A DNA stretch of 64,000 nt from Laetmonice hystrix (GCA_965235115.1 OZ249441.1:25854001-25918000), one strand, 5' to 3'. Shown: positions 1 to 13,945, counted from the first letter of the stretch. Numbers and translations: made by a program. Notes: generated by a model not told the origin, from the sequence alone.

Positions 1-850
1 CCTGGGCTATCATCCAAAACATTTCCCCCCGCATTTTTTTATTTTTTAACCGAGGTTATAAACCCAAACCAGATTGTTTTCATACCCGTATCTACAACCT
101 GGGTTATTTATCTTAACAATAATGTATAATAATAGATAATGAATGTAAATAAGTGTAAATCCAGCACGTTCCATGGATGACGGCTGCACAACCCTGAGTG
201 AACGATGTCACTTTCGAAGGTGTTGTAATATTTAAATTCGTGCATCATAATATACGTCAACGTCACGTCATTATGACGTACATGTCGCCTGCCTTTTCAG
301 CAAATTATATATAACCACCATTTATTGAGCAACCGTAAACCTACACCTACCAATCAATGTTGAACCATTTGTTCGATACAAACATGTGCTTGACAATTAC
401 AAATAACGCAGTGCGCGTTTACCTTCAGCTCTTTGTTATCCCCAGGTGTAAATATCTACCTGACGAACAGATGCATACCATTCAAAATCAACGAGTAAAC
501 CCACCCAAAATCCATACCATGGCTCCACTGCCACCCATTCATAACCTTCAGCTAAGGTAAACGCGCCTTGTTCGTGCGCGTGGTCCAGAGACATGACGAG
601 GTGGCTACTGGAGCACAGCGCAAACAACACAATTCGATATTGGGATAAGGTCAACTAAAGCGTTCAACCAAGAAGCAACAGGAATAATACGAAGAAGCGG
701 TGGCGGTATCCGTCAATGGTTGCTATCGTGAGTCACTAAAGTTGGCTTCAGAAACCTACATCGTAATAATTGTGTTAAAGCTGAACGTTTCGATGTTTCA
801 ACAATAATGAGCATACAAAAATACAGAAATGTTTAACGACCAGCTGCCCC

Positions 851-1020
851 CTGTGAAACCTTGGATTTTGTTCCCAGATGCCAGGAAAACGCGTATTTGG
901 CCCTGTAATTTTTAAAATTTTCAGGGGGAGGGCCCTCACTGACCCCCCGCTCATGGCTTCGCGCCTTCGGCGCTCGCATGGGGGACACCCCCTTTCCCAA
1001 ATTCCTGGATCCCCCCGTGA
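851..1020 (-). repeat. Dispersed repeat copy, reverse-orientation homologue of the core of the 59980-60261 MITE
   Basis: The reverse complement reads tgcgagcgccgaaggcgcg...aaaatt...ttttcctggcatctg, matching 60041-60140; a ggatcc end motif lies at about 1007. Confidence 0.65.
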
Positions 1021-1093
1021 TTGCCCCCCCACTCAGAAATTTCGGCTCATGTCGGAGAATGGTCCTGACGTCACGGGTAATAATATACATGTA

Positions 1094-1916
1094 GGGTAGA
1101 GTGGGGTAAAATGCCCCCCTTAACGTATACTGGTCATAACTCAAGCAGTATGATAGGTTGAAATTAGTACTTAATGGGAATAGATGCTTTTATAATAAGT
1201 GCTATTTTCCCTAGAAAGTGTTACATGTTCGAGTCAAACTAATTCACTTAATTACAAAAATTGTCTTTTTCATAAATAGGGCATCTTACCCCACCCATGG
1301 GGTAAGATGCCATTCAGGGGGCATCTAGTCTAATCGCAAACGTTGTAAAAAGCCTAGTGTCCTGCTTACTTGTTATTATTTGTTTAGGATACCATATGTA
1401 TTATATTAGGCTACTATTATTAGCCTACAACTGATAAAGTGGGGAAAATTTCATCTATGGATTGGGCGGGGGTGGGGTGGGGTAAGACGCCCCTGGAGCC
1501 TTGCTTGGGTATGGGCCTCTTACCCCAGCCACCCAGGGGCATCTTACCCCAGCAGTAGGTATTTCTGTTTGGCTGCCTGGCATAATTACTGTCACTTATC
1601 ATCGTTACCCATATGCCACGTTTTTACAAAGATGAGTTACTGTACATTATTCTGTGAGGTCCTGTCAGTTCCATCAACATACATTTACAAGTAGGGAGAT
1701 GAGAAACTTAGACATTCCTTACAAGAAATTGTGTAGAAAGAAAAACATTGTAAATTCTCACGTGTGACGTACGACGTCGATGTGTCCTTAACGTTGGATT
1801 ACCCTCTAGGTGGCAGTAGATGATTTAAAAATAGTGCCATCTATTGGGAACACGTGAAACTAAACTATGGTAAAAGGGCGTCTTAACCTCAGGGGCGTCT
1901 TACCCCACTCTACCCC
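1094..1916. mobile_element. Non-autonomous DNA transposon, TA-flanked (Tc1/mariner-type), about 820 bp
   Basis: Termini gggtagagtggggtaaaatgcccc ... ggggcgtcttaccccactctacccc (imperfect TIR of about 24 bp), TA on both sides, and internal copies of the ggggcatcttacccc motif at about 1279, 1480 and 1536. No ORF. Confidence 0.75.
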
Positions 1917-4680
1917 TATATATATTTTATCGCTCGGGTGTGATCAGGTCTAGCCCATAGCGTTATGGGAGGGAAGTGCCTACGCCCGGACTATTTGGCC
2001 AGCTGTGGTGTAGAAAATATTTAAGAGGGCAATAGGCAATGTTTATATCAACTACGGGTAGAAGGTGCATGATTATGCTAACATGGACATTCTCTTTGAA
2101 GCCCAGTTGCATCTCTACCTCTACCTGTGTCCAAGCTCATAATATCATGTCACTGTGAACCAATATGTTCTTCATACAGTACACATGATATTCCCGAGTT
2201 TTATATTGATGTGAATATATACGCCCCCCCCCCCCCTCGGCCGTGAGCTCTCCCGGTGTGGCGGTCCGGACCGGCCGACGTGCCAGACGGGCCGGTTCCG
2301 GTAAGTGCTCATGCGCCGGAATGAAGCCACTACACCCGGCCCTTCTGGCACGTTGTATGTAACGTGCCAAGGGCCGGGCAGTCTGAAAGTACCGTGCCAC
2401 AAGGGCCAGTGGACCACCCCCCCCTCCCCCCCCCCCCGTGATCCTGATGTGTGTGACCACTGGATCAGTCAAATATGAGCTTCCTAAGTCCCTGTTGCGA
2501 CAAACAAAATGGCCGAAAATGAACTTAAATGTATAACTTCTTCATATACGATTAGGCCTATAGGCCTTAGGCCTATATGCGTATCTGGAGTCGAGCCTAT
2601 AGCAGACAACAAAAAACTAGGGGTTAAAACACACTTATCGGCCCTATTACAAACTTCTTAAACTGACACATTATTAGCTTTGTAACAATAAAACAAAAAA
2701 TGAACCCAAAGCTATATTCCCATCTATAGGCCCGCTCCCTATTAACATAATATACCATTCACAATACATCTCTAACTTGCAAGTGCAAGGAAAGGCAACA
2801 ATGATACCCCTACCCTATCCTGCATGGCGAGTGAGTCTTCCCTTGTCGGTGTCAAGCGGAACATCTGGCACGGTCGTCGCGGTCGCTAGCATCACTTTCG
2901 CCAAATGCAGGAAGTGAGTTATGGCTCGCATGCGCGTCCCTTGAACTTGGTGCTGTCTAGACACAACCGGCCCTTCTGGACTGGCCGGCCCTTTCAGACT
3001 GTTACACCGGCCTTGTGGGCCAGCGGGCAAGCAGCCCGGCGAGATGCCACAGTTGAGCTGACCCTGCGCCCAGACACCCAGTCGTTAATCTACTAACTGT
3101 CAACAAAATGACTGACCACTGAGAGACTGATAGATTGTCTGGCGGTCGGCAATACGTCTGGATGTCAGTATCAGCGCTCGGCTATAGCTCAGTCATTGGG
3201 CAGACAATGCGGGGGCCCAGCCACTAGGGGTGTTTACTGCTGCTATGTATCACCCGAGTAAAAAATGGATGCGACTTTTAGGTGCGCAGTGATAAAACAG
3301 AATGCGGCCCATAGGGGCCTATACCAAATTGACGAAATATAGGCCCTAGATACACCGTGATTAAATAATAAGCACAATTTTTCGACTGACTTTGCGTTTT
3401 TCTTAAATGATAGCGTAAAGAGGTCTGAAATAAATATCCCGTATACCGTGAAAATAACTTTGATTGGCCTGTAATCAAGCCACAGGCAGCCCCTAAAGTG
3501 AATTTCGGTGTACACCGAAATTCAGTAGTTAAGCATTGTAGAGGGGGGCGTGGCCCCAAGTGACCCCGTTGGAAGTTATGCTATTTCTTGGCCAAGACAA
3601 CAGTTTTCACCCAATTTTTTTATGTTTTGCATTTAACTATAGAATGCCTCACAAAAGATTCAAAAGTTTTTCAAAAGTGCGAATCTTCCAACTGTTCCCC
3701 TTTAAAGACAATGACACAGATATATTATCTGCACCTGGGGCACAGGTGGATGATAAGCATACATGTGCCAATTTTAATGTAGATCTATACCGTTGGCGAA
3801 GGCGAGGCCTAAAGTGATTCCTGCAGTATACCATTCCTTATGCATATAAGAGAAGAGGGTTGTTTTGATGCGGCCAGCGAAAATAAAAAAAATGTTGGAA
3901 TTCCTAGTACATTATGCAAACCGGTTGGTTGCTCTGGTGTCTCCATCACTGAAAAATGCTTTTTAACGCTAGTCGCTATAAAAGTCACTTCTCGACAGAC
4001 ATGCTTACTTCTAACTAATAAAATGGAAATAGTTTCTTTTCTTTTAGTTTCATAAAAGCCACTAATAACTATGCAAGATTTAATCTGATAAGTAATACTG
4101 CACCTCAGTTATCCATGAAATATTTAAAGAACGATGAAAAATGTATTAATTGCCTAGGATTACAATAATTGTATTGTCATTCGTGGCTGTTCTTTTACAA
4201 TCCTATCTCAAATTACCTTGTAGTTGAACAGGTTCCGCTTTAACAAGAATGGACGATTCTGATGTGACGGTACGTTGCACAATGTACTGAAAGAAACATG
4301 CTATAGCCCTCTACTGCCTTCAACTCTTCTTCTCTGTGATGGATGGAAGTATGACGTTCATATATTATTTACACGTGTGGGGAAAATACGTCTTATTATT
4401 CACATAAGAATATTCTGTCTCTACATCAGGGGTGACAAGCTAATTAAATGAGGAAAGATCCTCACTATAGTAGGCCGGCCAATAATAAATCTGAATACCC
4501 GGCAAGGGGGGATTATATAGGCCCCCAGATTTAGTGTTGGTGGGGCCGAAATTGGCCCCCTCTTGCCTCCGATTTTTCTACCATGGAAAAAAGAAAATGG
4601 ATAAAACTGTGAAACTATTACTCAAACTATTAATCATCATCATGTTATCGTACGGTAGGCATAGGGGGCATAATATTTAG

Positions 4681-4885
4681 CAGTGGCGGATCCAGTGGGG
4701 GGGGGGGGGCTTTGGGGGCTTAAGCCCCCCCCCCCCCTCCCCCCAGCTGACTCCACTGAGATTTTTTTTCCACGGGGATTAAATACTCTCTGTATTCCAA
4801 TCTCTCCCAGGGTTCACCGCGCCGGTCTCACATTTATCTAGCCCCCCCCCCCCCCCCCAGTTGCAAAATCCTGGATCCGCCCCTG
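4681..4885. mobile_element. MITE, CAG-ended family, 5-bp TSD TTTAG
   Basis: TIR cagtggcggatccag / ctggatccgcccctg (14/15); perfect TTTAG at 4676-4680 and 4886-4890. Confidence 0.85.
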
Positions 4886-5182
4886 TTTAGGCATAGCCCA
4901 AGCCGACAAGTCAGCATGGGTGATTTCTCAAAGAACGGTAGATGGGAATAAACCAGTAGATCTATTCACCCTGTTGGTCAATCAATCCTTCCCCTGAAAA
5001 TCTTTATGGACGTTGAGGACGCCCCTTGTGAGAGGCCTGCTGGGCCTATACATAGGTGCCGTAACCGGGGGAAAGGGGGCCAGCCCCCCCCCCCCCCCCC
5101 CCCCAGCTGTTAAGCTGCTTGAAAAATGGATCATGACATAGGAGTCTACTATACACTCTGGTCTAATCCCCTGCCACTGAAT

Positions 5183-5249
5183 AGGGTGCTGCCATCTATC
5201 GTTTTAACTCTGAACTAATATTGAGTTCCAAGATAGATGGCAGCACCCT
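5183..5249. repeat. Perfect 18-bp inverted repeat (hairpin)
   Basis: agggtgctgccatctatc (5183-5200) / gatagatggcagcaccct (5232-5249). Confidence 0.85.
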
Positions 5250-7174
5250 TTTCCCTGCCATCTAGCGGAAATTATGGAACTAATCACGATTCATCGGCAG
5301 CTCGGTGGAACTTCGCTTCGGTTCGGCACTTCAAATCATTTCAGCTTTCAAGGTAACAACCTATTTTTCTCTTTTCTTTTTCTCCTGAGTCCTCAAAGGC
5401 CTAGAAGTCCTCCCACTGCCGTCCGCAACGCCAGAAAGAAAACGTCATTGATTGGTTCGTCTTTTCTCTCATGTCCAATCAGAATTGGTGTCTCAGACAG
5501 AACACGTCTTAGGACCGCGTCTGGCGAGACAGGCATGCCCACAAATTTGACAAACTTCACAAAGACAAAGTCATGAAAGTCGAAATCACGAATCTTCCCT
5601 GCTTCATGACTAGGGGCTGGGACCGGCCCGTCGCCACAGATCGACTGCTTCCGGTCTAATTCTTACCTATGGATGTGAAGGTAGATTATTTTGTCTCAAA
5701 TCGATGCATTGCTATAACGTGTTATGAATGCCAATGCGGCAATGGTATTTTTTATGTTTGACACATGCATGGTGTTCAGAACCCTTCCCGGCTGAGTGAT
5801 AGGATACCCTACCCCCCCCCCCCCCCCCGCCCCCGGTAAAATTTCCTTCCGCCGGCGGTTGTAGTTGTACTTGGGGGCCCAGGGCTGAGGGTGTTGCGAC
5901 TTCACCAAACGACCAAAGCCGAACCTCGACGTATCGTCTATCCGACTAGGCCTATGTCACTATCGAGGTTCTTTGCTTCCAATCCAGTTTGGTCTACCTT
6001 GACGATCGATAGGGAGCGCTTTATGTTCCGTGGCGACATCTAGTGTTAAAAAAATATATTACTAGCCTTAAAAAGACACCTAGAAAATCTAGATCATATT
6101 ACAATAGACAAGAGATTGCTACCAGTACCATACATTTTCAGTTTTAGTGCAATAATAATAAACTATTTGGGCCTAAACGCCTTAGATTAACATTTAATTG
6201 GTTCTTGACGGGAAGTGCTGACCTTGAACATTGATTTTGCCCGTAACTCACCGCTGCCTGTCACTCAAGAGAGATTAGGCCTATCCTCTAAGAAATTTAG
6301 GTTCTTTACTATGTGTTGCCCCCCCCCCCCCCCCCCCGGAGAATGACAATAAATAACAAAAAAGTGTTAGTCGTAAAAAAAAACCAATGCTCAAGTATGC
6401 CAAAACACAAGGTGACCCCTAAATCGGCAAGCTGCAAGCTGCACACTCTCAGAGCCTCAGGCATGTTTTGAGAACACAGAATCGTAGCATGATATGGCCT
6501 ACACCTTCTCAGGTTTCACCGTTTGTTAAACTAATATGTCACGAATTTCAAATAATACGTCGTGTTTCAGCAAAAATATGTCTGCATTGCGGTTCTCCGA
6601 TATGCCCCAAAGGTCCCCTACCTGTTTATGTTACTTTGGCCTGTATTTTGTAAAAAAAAAAACAAAAAAAACGCCAATTCTTAATGCGGTCACTGAAAAT
6701 AACACACTTAGATTCCGAGACCCCGGGATTTGCAGCCGGCTGTGTTTTGCACCCTTTTCACACGATCGGCGGATGGGCCATTATAGTCCCACTATCATTT
6801 TATAGATTTGTTATACTTATTTATTTATTTGTTTATTTATTTATTTATTTGTTATTTACTTAGATGGCGGATTCATCGCACTTTGCGGACACTGCAGCTA
6901 GTTTTATTCATTATTCTATAGACTCTATTAGGGAGAATTTCACAGCTGTCTACTCGTAGCATGTGTTAACAGAATCAATAATATGAAACAATCAGTGCCA
7001 TAAAGTACGTCAGTGGTGAGCAGGTGCAGAAAACTGAAGATTTCGGTCGATACCCCCCGTGACATATTTCCTTTAAGGCTTAACATTCACTGCCATACCC
7101 ACCAACACGACCACCACTGCTGGCGCTGACCAGTTAATGAAATGAGTGTTGACCATACTAACTAGTAACTATTA

Positions 7175-7332
7175 CAGGGGTGTCGGAAGCCATTGATCAT
7201 AGTTGGGGCGGGGGGGGGGGGGGGCAAACCGCGGAAGCTATTGATAGTTGGGGGGGGGGGGCAAGCATATGCATGCCTTGACAGGGGCCAGTCTAGATAT
7301 GCCCCCCCCCCCCTCCTGTTCCGACACCCCTA
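7175..7332. mobile_element. MITE, CAG-ended family
   Basis: TIR caggggtgtcggaa / ttccgacaccccta (13/14); flanks TATTA / TATCA. Confidence 0.75.
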
Positions 7333-10255
7333 TATCAGTCTGAGACCTTGACAACCCTTGCATTCTCGGAGTGTCAGGTTGGTTGCCCGCAGACATTGAG
7401 TTGGTCGGCCTGTAGTGTAGAAACCAGGATCCAGGCGTCATGTATCTCGACAAACGAGACTCGCTTCTCAGAAAGGGGTCTGTATTGTGCACCGTCAAAA
7501 TGTTAAGTGCAAAGCAAAACATAGCCTTTTCACGGACTGTCTATTTAAATAAAGCCTGGGAGTGTTCGGCCTGAGAGAGTAACTTCTGTAAGTTGAGTCA
7601 GGTCTATTGATGATCGTTCAGTTTAATTGCCGTGCTGACATGTCCATTTAGAGTAAAGAAGGAGCTTTGAAAAGGAACGGTGTCAGACTGACAGAGCTAT
7701 AGATTCAAGGGTTTCACGGTCACCTGTCTGAGATAACCCGGGATATAAAAACAGCTCTGTTCGTTATCAATGTCATTGGGAAATTTACCAGTTACTGGCA
7801 GAGCATGTTCAGTTGCCAAGAAAGGATAATTTGCATAATTCAACTTGAAGTAAATACATGACTATGTACACCTTTAAAATCCTGGATGTCCCTGTGGAAA
7901 TTGATAGGAGATGAATCATATAAAGGTCAGATATATGTCACGTGACTGAGACCGTCGCCTTTGATGCAGAGAGTGAGAAGGAAATACTCCAACAAATGCT
8001 GAAGTTATGATCAATACAGGATGGGGGCAGCTGTTATGGCTTGAAAGCATCACTGTCACATATCAATGTATGTTTACTAACTACTATAATAGTAGTAACA
8101 CTAGCTTTTGTTTTTGTTGCTAGTTATATGGCTGACCCCCCCCCCCTTTTTTTTTTAAACAGTGATTTATAGGAGAATTACTCCCACAAGAACGAGAGCC
8201 TGGCATTATTGTGGTTGGTGGATGATATGCGAACTTTCATCTGTTCCCTTATTCAGATGAATCAGGCGAAAACTATTCCATACACAAATACAGAAACACA
8301 GCAACACAACAAATTGAACAAAATATTCTGCTTAAGGCTTGCTCAGACTTAGGGGGCCTATCATCTAAACTAACTAGATAAAAACTTAATTGTAGTTAAT
8401 TAACTTATAAACCACAAACCCTGGTACATAAAGTTAGAAGGAATTCCAAACGGTTTAGGCATATAAATTTACCTTATTTACCTGATGAGTTTACTAAGAT
8501 AGTTATGGCCCCCAAATGAGTGTTGAGACCGTCTAATACAAGGTATTTGTGTGCTGATCCTGTTCTCCGTGTAACCATTGGAGGCTGGATCGGCTTGTAG
8601 TGTGAAGAACGGGTTGCGCATGTTGACACTAACTGACAAAGGTTCGCATTTGTGGGACAGATATAATATAGGCCCCATATCCAGCTACCATGACCATTTT
8701 CTTCTCTTTTATTTCATTTATGAAGTCTTGATTAATGTTACGATTAGATTTAAAAAAAACTTGAGCATTTAGTTATTTCTTAAACTTATTAATATTTATT
8801 ACCATTTTACCCTCAGCCACACCTGGAAAGTATGGAACCGGGGCCAATTTTCAATGATCGAGGGCCCGTTTTCAATATCGCACCAGCTCTCCAGCATTAC
8901 CGTATTTGAAGTCTAGAAACAGGATGCTAGTAGCTCTCTCATCACACTGCCAACATCGAGTGCACTTTTAAACTTGGCCAAGTTCGGTAGTGCAATGCAG
9001 TGATCCTGACTGCTGCTCGTTATAGGACTAATTTCGGCCAACATCACTCACTAGCTGGGGGGGGGGGGGGCGGTCATTTACCCCTGTCCATGCGATATTG
9101 GAAACAAGGAATGGAAAGTTCTACGTGACCGTTAGCCAATGGACCATAACCCCTTCTGGCCCCCGGGCCATATTCTCACTCTGCAAACAAAACACGCGCA
9201 GGGCTCCATGCATGCATGCATGCATGTTTACGTGCTGCAACCACTCTACCAGGAAGGCCATCACACATAGCTTGACGGTAGACAACAGCCTACCCCGCAC
9301 GTGTCTCACCCTAGTCGATAACTAGAGGGAGATAGAGGAGTTACTCAAACAAACCCCCAGCCCACTCCAGCCTCATCATGCAGAGAGCTAAGGTCAGCTT
9401 TACTGTAGCCGTATACTGTTCTCCGCGGAAAATTTGCTACATCGTCTGCAGGAACTTGCCTAACAAGATCATGTGCAATTTCCCGCATGCTAGTGTCTGA
9501 CCGAAGTACCCCGCGTCCAGTTGACCCCCTGTGTAGCTGGGAGAATTGTGGGTGGGGAGGCACGGGGGTTGTTACTGCAGACCCAGACAGTGCGCCGTTA
9601 ATAACAGCTGTTCACGACGGACGGCAGTCGAACGGCAGTCACTGTCACCGCCGGCCTGCAGCGGACTACACGTCAGGTCTGGGCCAGTGTGTGCACACCG
9701 GCCAAACCAACCGCATCAGTCTGTCTATGATCAGTACATCCTCATCCTCTATCGCTGACAGGACAAAATGTAAAGGGACACCGTTATTGTTTCGTTATTT
9801 TGTCGTGTCCAACGCCAGCCTCTCTGTGCACAGCAACCAGGTTGGCACGACAACATGACAAATGTCGGATTGTCGCAGTCCGTCCCCGACAGCACTTCTA
9901 CTCGCAGAGCTGGGTTACCGTCAGTCGGGCAGCCTCTGCAGCCAGCAGCAGCAGCCAGCAGCCGGCAGCCAGCAGCGGCATCAGCAGCAGTCTACAGCAG
10001 AGAGAAGGCGTGATCAATGGTCTTACAAGGAGAACCAGACCCTGAGTCTGAGACTGTTCACCATCACAAGAAATCGGGAGCTTGTATTTACCTCTTCATG
10101 CAGCCAGTGGGCCCGCTCAGTAGTTAAATCATAACATTAGCGATCAGTGGCTGCAGCAACCCAGGGTAGACCTGAGCACTGCTATTGCTACAACAGTGGA
10201 TGGTCAAAGGATGGCAGTTACAAGGTAGGACTTCATATTCCTTTTCTCTCCCCAG

Positions 10256-10327
10256 GGACTTGTAACGCTGGTGTATGTAATCTATAGGACTAGGAGTCTG
10301 AATGGCTGAATATCGCGTTGGCATCAG
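10256..10327 (+). CDS. Candidate alternative 5' exon of the GAS2-like gene (UTR + ATG 10302: MAEYRVGI-R, phase 2)
   Basis: Strong polypyrimidine acceptor ccttttctctccccag and donor CAG|gtaatg. The phase-2 end is compatible with the acceptor at 37632. No homology support. Confidence 0.35.
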
Positions 10328-11199
10328 GTAATGAATGATTAAAGGGGGGGGGGGGGGGTCTGCCTCTGGTTGAGTTGGAGGTTTTTCTTGCCTTCCTGGG
10401 TTAACCGCAGAGTTGGCCCTTTATCCTTCTTCGTTCCTGAAACACCCCACAGTGACACTGAATGGTGCCCCCCCCACACCCTTCGCTCAATACAATTTAC
10501 ATTATGACATCATTGTGGCAATATGGAGCGTCAACTGCATCATTACAGGATTACAGAGAGACCTTAGAGTAAACTCAGAATGGTATATTATATGTACTAC
10601 TAATACTATAAGTATTAGATCTTGTGACCTGTGCAGGTCTCCAAGGGTAAAGGTAATAGGCCTACCGTATTGAACTATGAAGTAGGCTACTGTCTATGGA
10701 AGCTAAGGAGTAGGCTACCCACTATCGGAAGTATATTTTCAGATTTCTTGCCACGAAAATCAGAGTACGATTTGAAATTTTGTTGCTCAGTCAAGATTGA
10801 GGGACGAGGGTACATTAGTATTAAAACTATAAAATCTCCCTCCCGGTCACCGATTCGCATTTGCATACGCCATCAAATGATACACACACAGAGTTTTGTA
10901 CCAAGATGTGTATCAATAAGGATTGGCCGAGCTTCTATTGAATGCTGTGTTACTGGGGAGCCGGCGATCGATGGAGCACGACCCGCACGTGGTGGTGGTG
11001 GTGTTGGGGGGGGGGGGGGGGGGGCATTACCCTGTCCAGAGGTCCAGGTGGTGACGGTTGTTTTTGTTGTATTCAAGCGCGGCACCGTTCAGGTGAGGGT
11101 TACCAGCAATACACACCCGCCGGGGGGAGGGGGGGGGGTGTTCTGTGGCCCCCAGGTAGGACAAAGGGCCTCAGTTTTCGCCCTTGTATACATGTGGCC

Positions 11200-11278
11200 A
11201 TGTGCATCAGCCGCCATCGGCAACTGCTGAAGCCGCGGCAGCATGCGGCGCAACGACGGTGGTTTGAAGTTGCATGGG
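11200..11278 (+). CDS. Candidate first coding exon of the GAS2-like gene (MCISRHRQLLKPRQHAAQRRWFEVAW, phase 1)
   Basis: gccATG context, GC/CpG-rich surroundings, donor G|gtgagt at 11279. Phase matches the 31-nt exon at 18798. Confidence 0.45.
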
Positions 11279-13945
11279 GTGAGTCATCGCTCAGGTTTGT
11301 CCAGGACATCATCGACTCAAGCTCAGCAACACTAGACTAGAGTAGAGATTCTACCTTTAATATGGCCTCTTTAATAACAGGAGGCCGGCGAATGCGTCAG
11401 ATGGCCATAAAGGTCTCCTCACCTGAAGGGTCATTGCCCATGGCGGCACCATAATCAGGAGTGAATATAATTGTCCCCATCGATGTTTGTTATGGAAGGT
11501 TAGATAAGAACGACAGTAAAGTGCTTGCTCTCATTTTGAAGGTCAGTCTATTGTTGCCTCATCTGATGTAAAGGAATCTAGGACACCTCTGTCGTTTTCT
11601 GTAACAGGTAAAAAAAAGGTCAGTGTAACGTTTCTTTGGCAGCGTCTTTACGCACATAGCTTAATTAAGTATTAACCATTTTAAAATAATCCGCTAATTT
11701 GCAGTTACTTTTTTTAAACTTGAAAAGATTGAACTCCATTTATATCGAAAAAGTGAAGTGGCAGAGAGGAAGAATGAGAAGCAGAAAGAGACACATGTAT
11801 CCCTGGTGCGTTTTTTTCTTTCTTTTTCTTCTTCTTCAAATTAAAGATATTCAAGATAAAGGGTTCTGCAGTCCGAAACATTCGGTTAATTCTCTTTGAT
11901 CATGACTGGGTGGGGGCGTGCATGTGTTGGTACCCGGACCTTGGGTCATATCTAGTTTAATGGCATTCACACATGTATATAATATACACGTCACCCACAC
12001 ACAAAAGACGAAACTTACATGTACATCCCTAGAGAGGAAAACTACTACAAATATAGCTATAAGTTATAAGGGTTCTTATTTACATAACCGTTAAGCCGCC
12101 CACTGTTCTCTACTGAAAATGTTTGGAAACATGTTTCCTTCGTAGCAAGGAGTACCTTAAAGCTAAACAAGTATATCCGGCAGATAGCAGCTTGGAAAGA
12201 CCAAAACCATCCAATAATATCCATAGCTTACATAAGAATAGATTTCGCCAACAACCAGTGTCAATCCTAAAACTAATAGAAGGTCAGTACTGTTGTACGG
12301 ATAATCCCAAATTAGAAATTTCCCCCTTGTATGTGAGCAAGTCTACCGCCACATCTTTGCTCGGTAATCCTGTGTAGTCTCCTCGTGTAAATATTGAACA
12401 CACGTGTTACGAAGGCGCTCGCTTACTGGAGCACCAAGACGCCGGTGGTTGTGTTTAAGACAGTGTGGATATAGATGAAAGCCCCCATTGTCAACCCCCA
12501 CACACTCCACCCCGCTCGCACACCCTGAGCCTCAGAATGTGTGGCAAAAGGACTATACACACCACCGAGTTCATCGTCCTATAACACCACCGAGTTCATC
12601 GTCCTATGGGGGACCGTTAGTTTTAATTCTGTAACTATTGTAAGGACCTCAAACATGTCTTCATGTCACGGTTACAGTAACAAACGCACGCCACTCCCTA
12701 AGACGAATTTGTTTTTGCTTCAATTTACTCGTAATTTTAGCAAGATATTGCATTTTCACATGATAAGCCTTGGATGAAGGCCCTTGAATGTATAGGTAAA
12801 CATGCAGTACCCCAGTTATTGCGTATGTATGTTCGTGCGCCCGAGGGACCTGAATAAGGAACATTGCAACTTATTACCAGGTAATAACTTATAAGGACCA
12901 CACAGAATACCATACCATACAGTGATGTCTTTGTTTCTTTTTGAGTGGACCGCTACCCATGTCAATGACAGACATCAACTTCAAGTTACATGTAGTGGTT
13001 AGGATGTCGTTTTAGGCAACTTCCATATTATACGGAAGGATAGTTTTAGGTGTTCTGTATGGCCCGATCGTTCTGACCAAGTGAATGGCCTATTGTTGTA
13101 TCAAAGTGTTGTGAGTGCCATTATGTATGAGAGGTAGGAGTTAACGCTACAAATTACAATATATTCGCAACTTCGAAACAACAAAACACTTGTCAAGTTA
13201 AAGAAATGCAGGTTCGCTTTTGGTTATTTGTATGTCATTTTGAGCTAAGACGCATCACTGAAAAATGAGAAGGTTTGACTTTATGGCTCTATGGCAATAA
13301 GAGTATACCAGACAAATACGTGTAAGTGGTGAACTGGAGTATTATAAAAGTTTTAATATACCGGTATACTAGCTGTAGCCTTAGATACCGTTCACGTCCG
13401 TTCCTGACTATGCCAGGAACGATGCCAGAGTGATGGCAATTTCCACCCTGTGTGTCTATACATTAGACAACACTGTTAGATATTGAACAGATTAGAATAA
13501 ATTATTCTCCGAGAAATGCCATCAAATAATTCAACAAGGGGATGGCGATCTGGTGTGTCCTATAGACCATTAGGAGTTTGTATTGATTGTAAGATCGGTA
13601 GATGTGAGCAACGGACTGGTCCACTGATCCTTTAATTCTAGTCTTCGATTTGGCTGTGAGAGCCAGGACCTCCGCCTCTCCAGACCCTCCCTTGAATCAT
13701 GTTCGGCCCTCTGCAGATATGACATGGACCACTTAATGGCGCCCACACCATGCCGACGTGGAATAACATTGAGAGCCGATACGGTCGGCCCTCAACTGTT
13801 CCTCAAGTATAGCCGTCAGCGTTGATAATTCTTAACATGACCAGTAGTTGAAGTTCACTAGTTGATCCATAATTCAGGTGATAGCCGTGTAGCCTATATG
13901 ATCAGACAACCTGTTCTGACCCCTGTGGAGAGGGGTCGACACCAG

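Noticed and set aside
3178-3205. ggctatagctcagt as a tRNA or tRNA-derived SINE head
   Set aside because: Only an A-box-like fragment is present; there is no B box (GTTCGA) at the proper spacing and no cloverleaf.
10631-11230. 199-aa + strand ORF
   Set aside because: It has a GTG start and no recognisable domain, and it depends on poly-G run lengths. It is in a different frame from the better-supported candidate exon.
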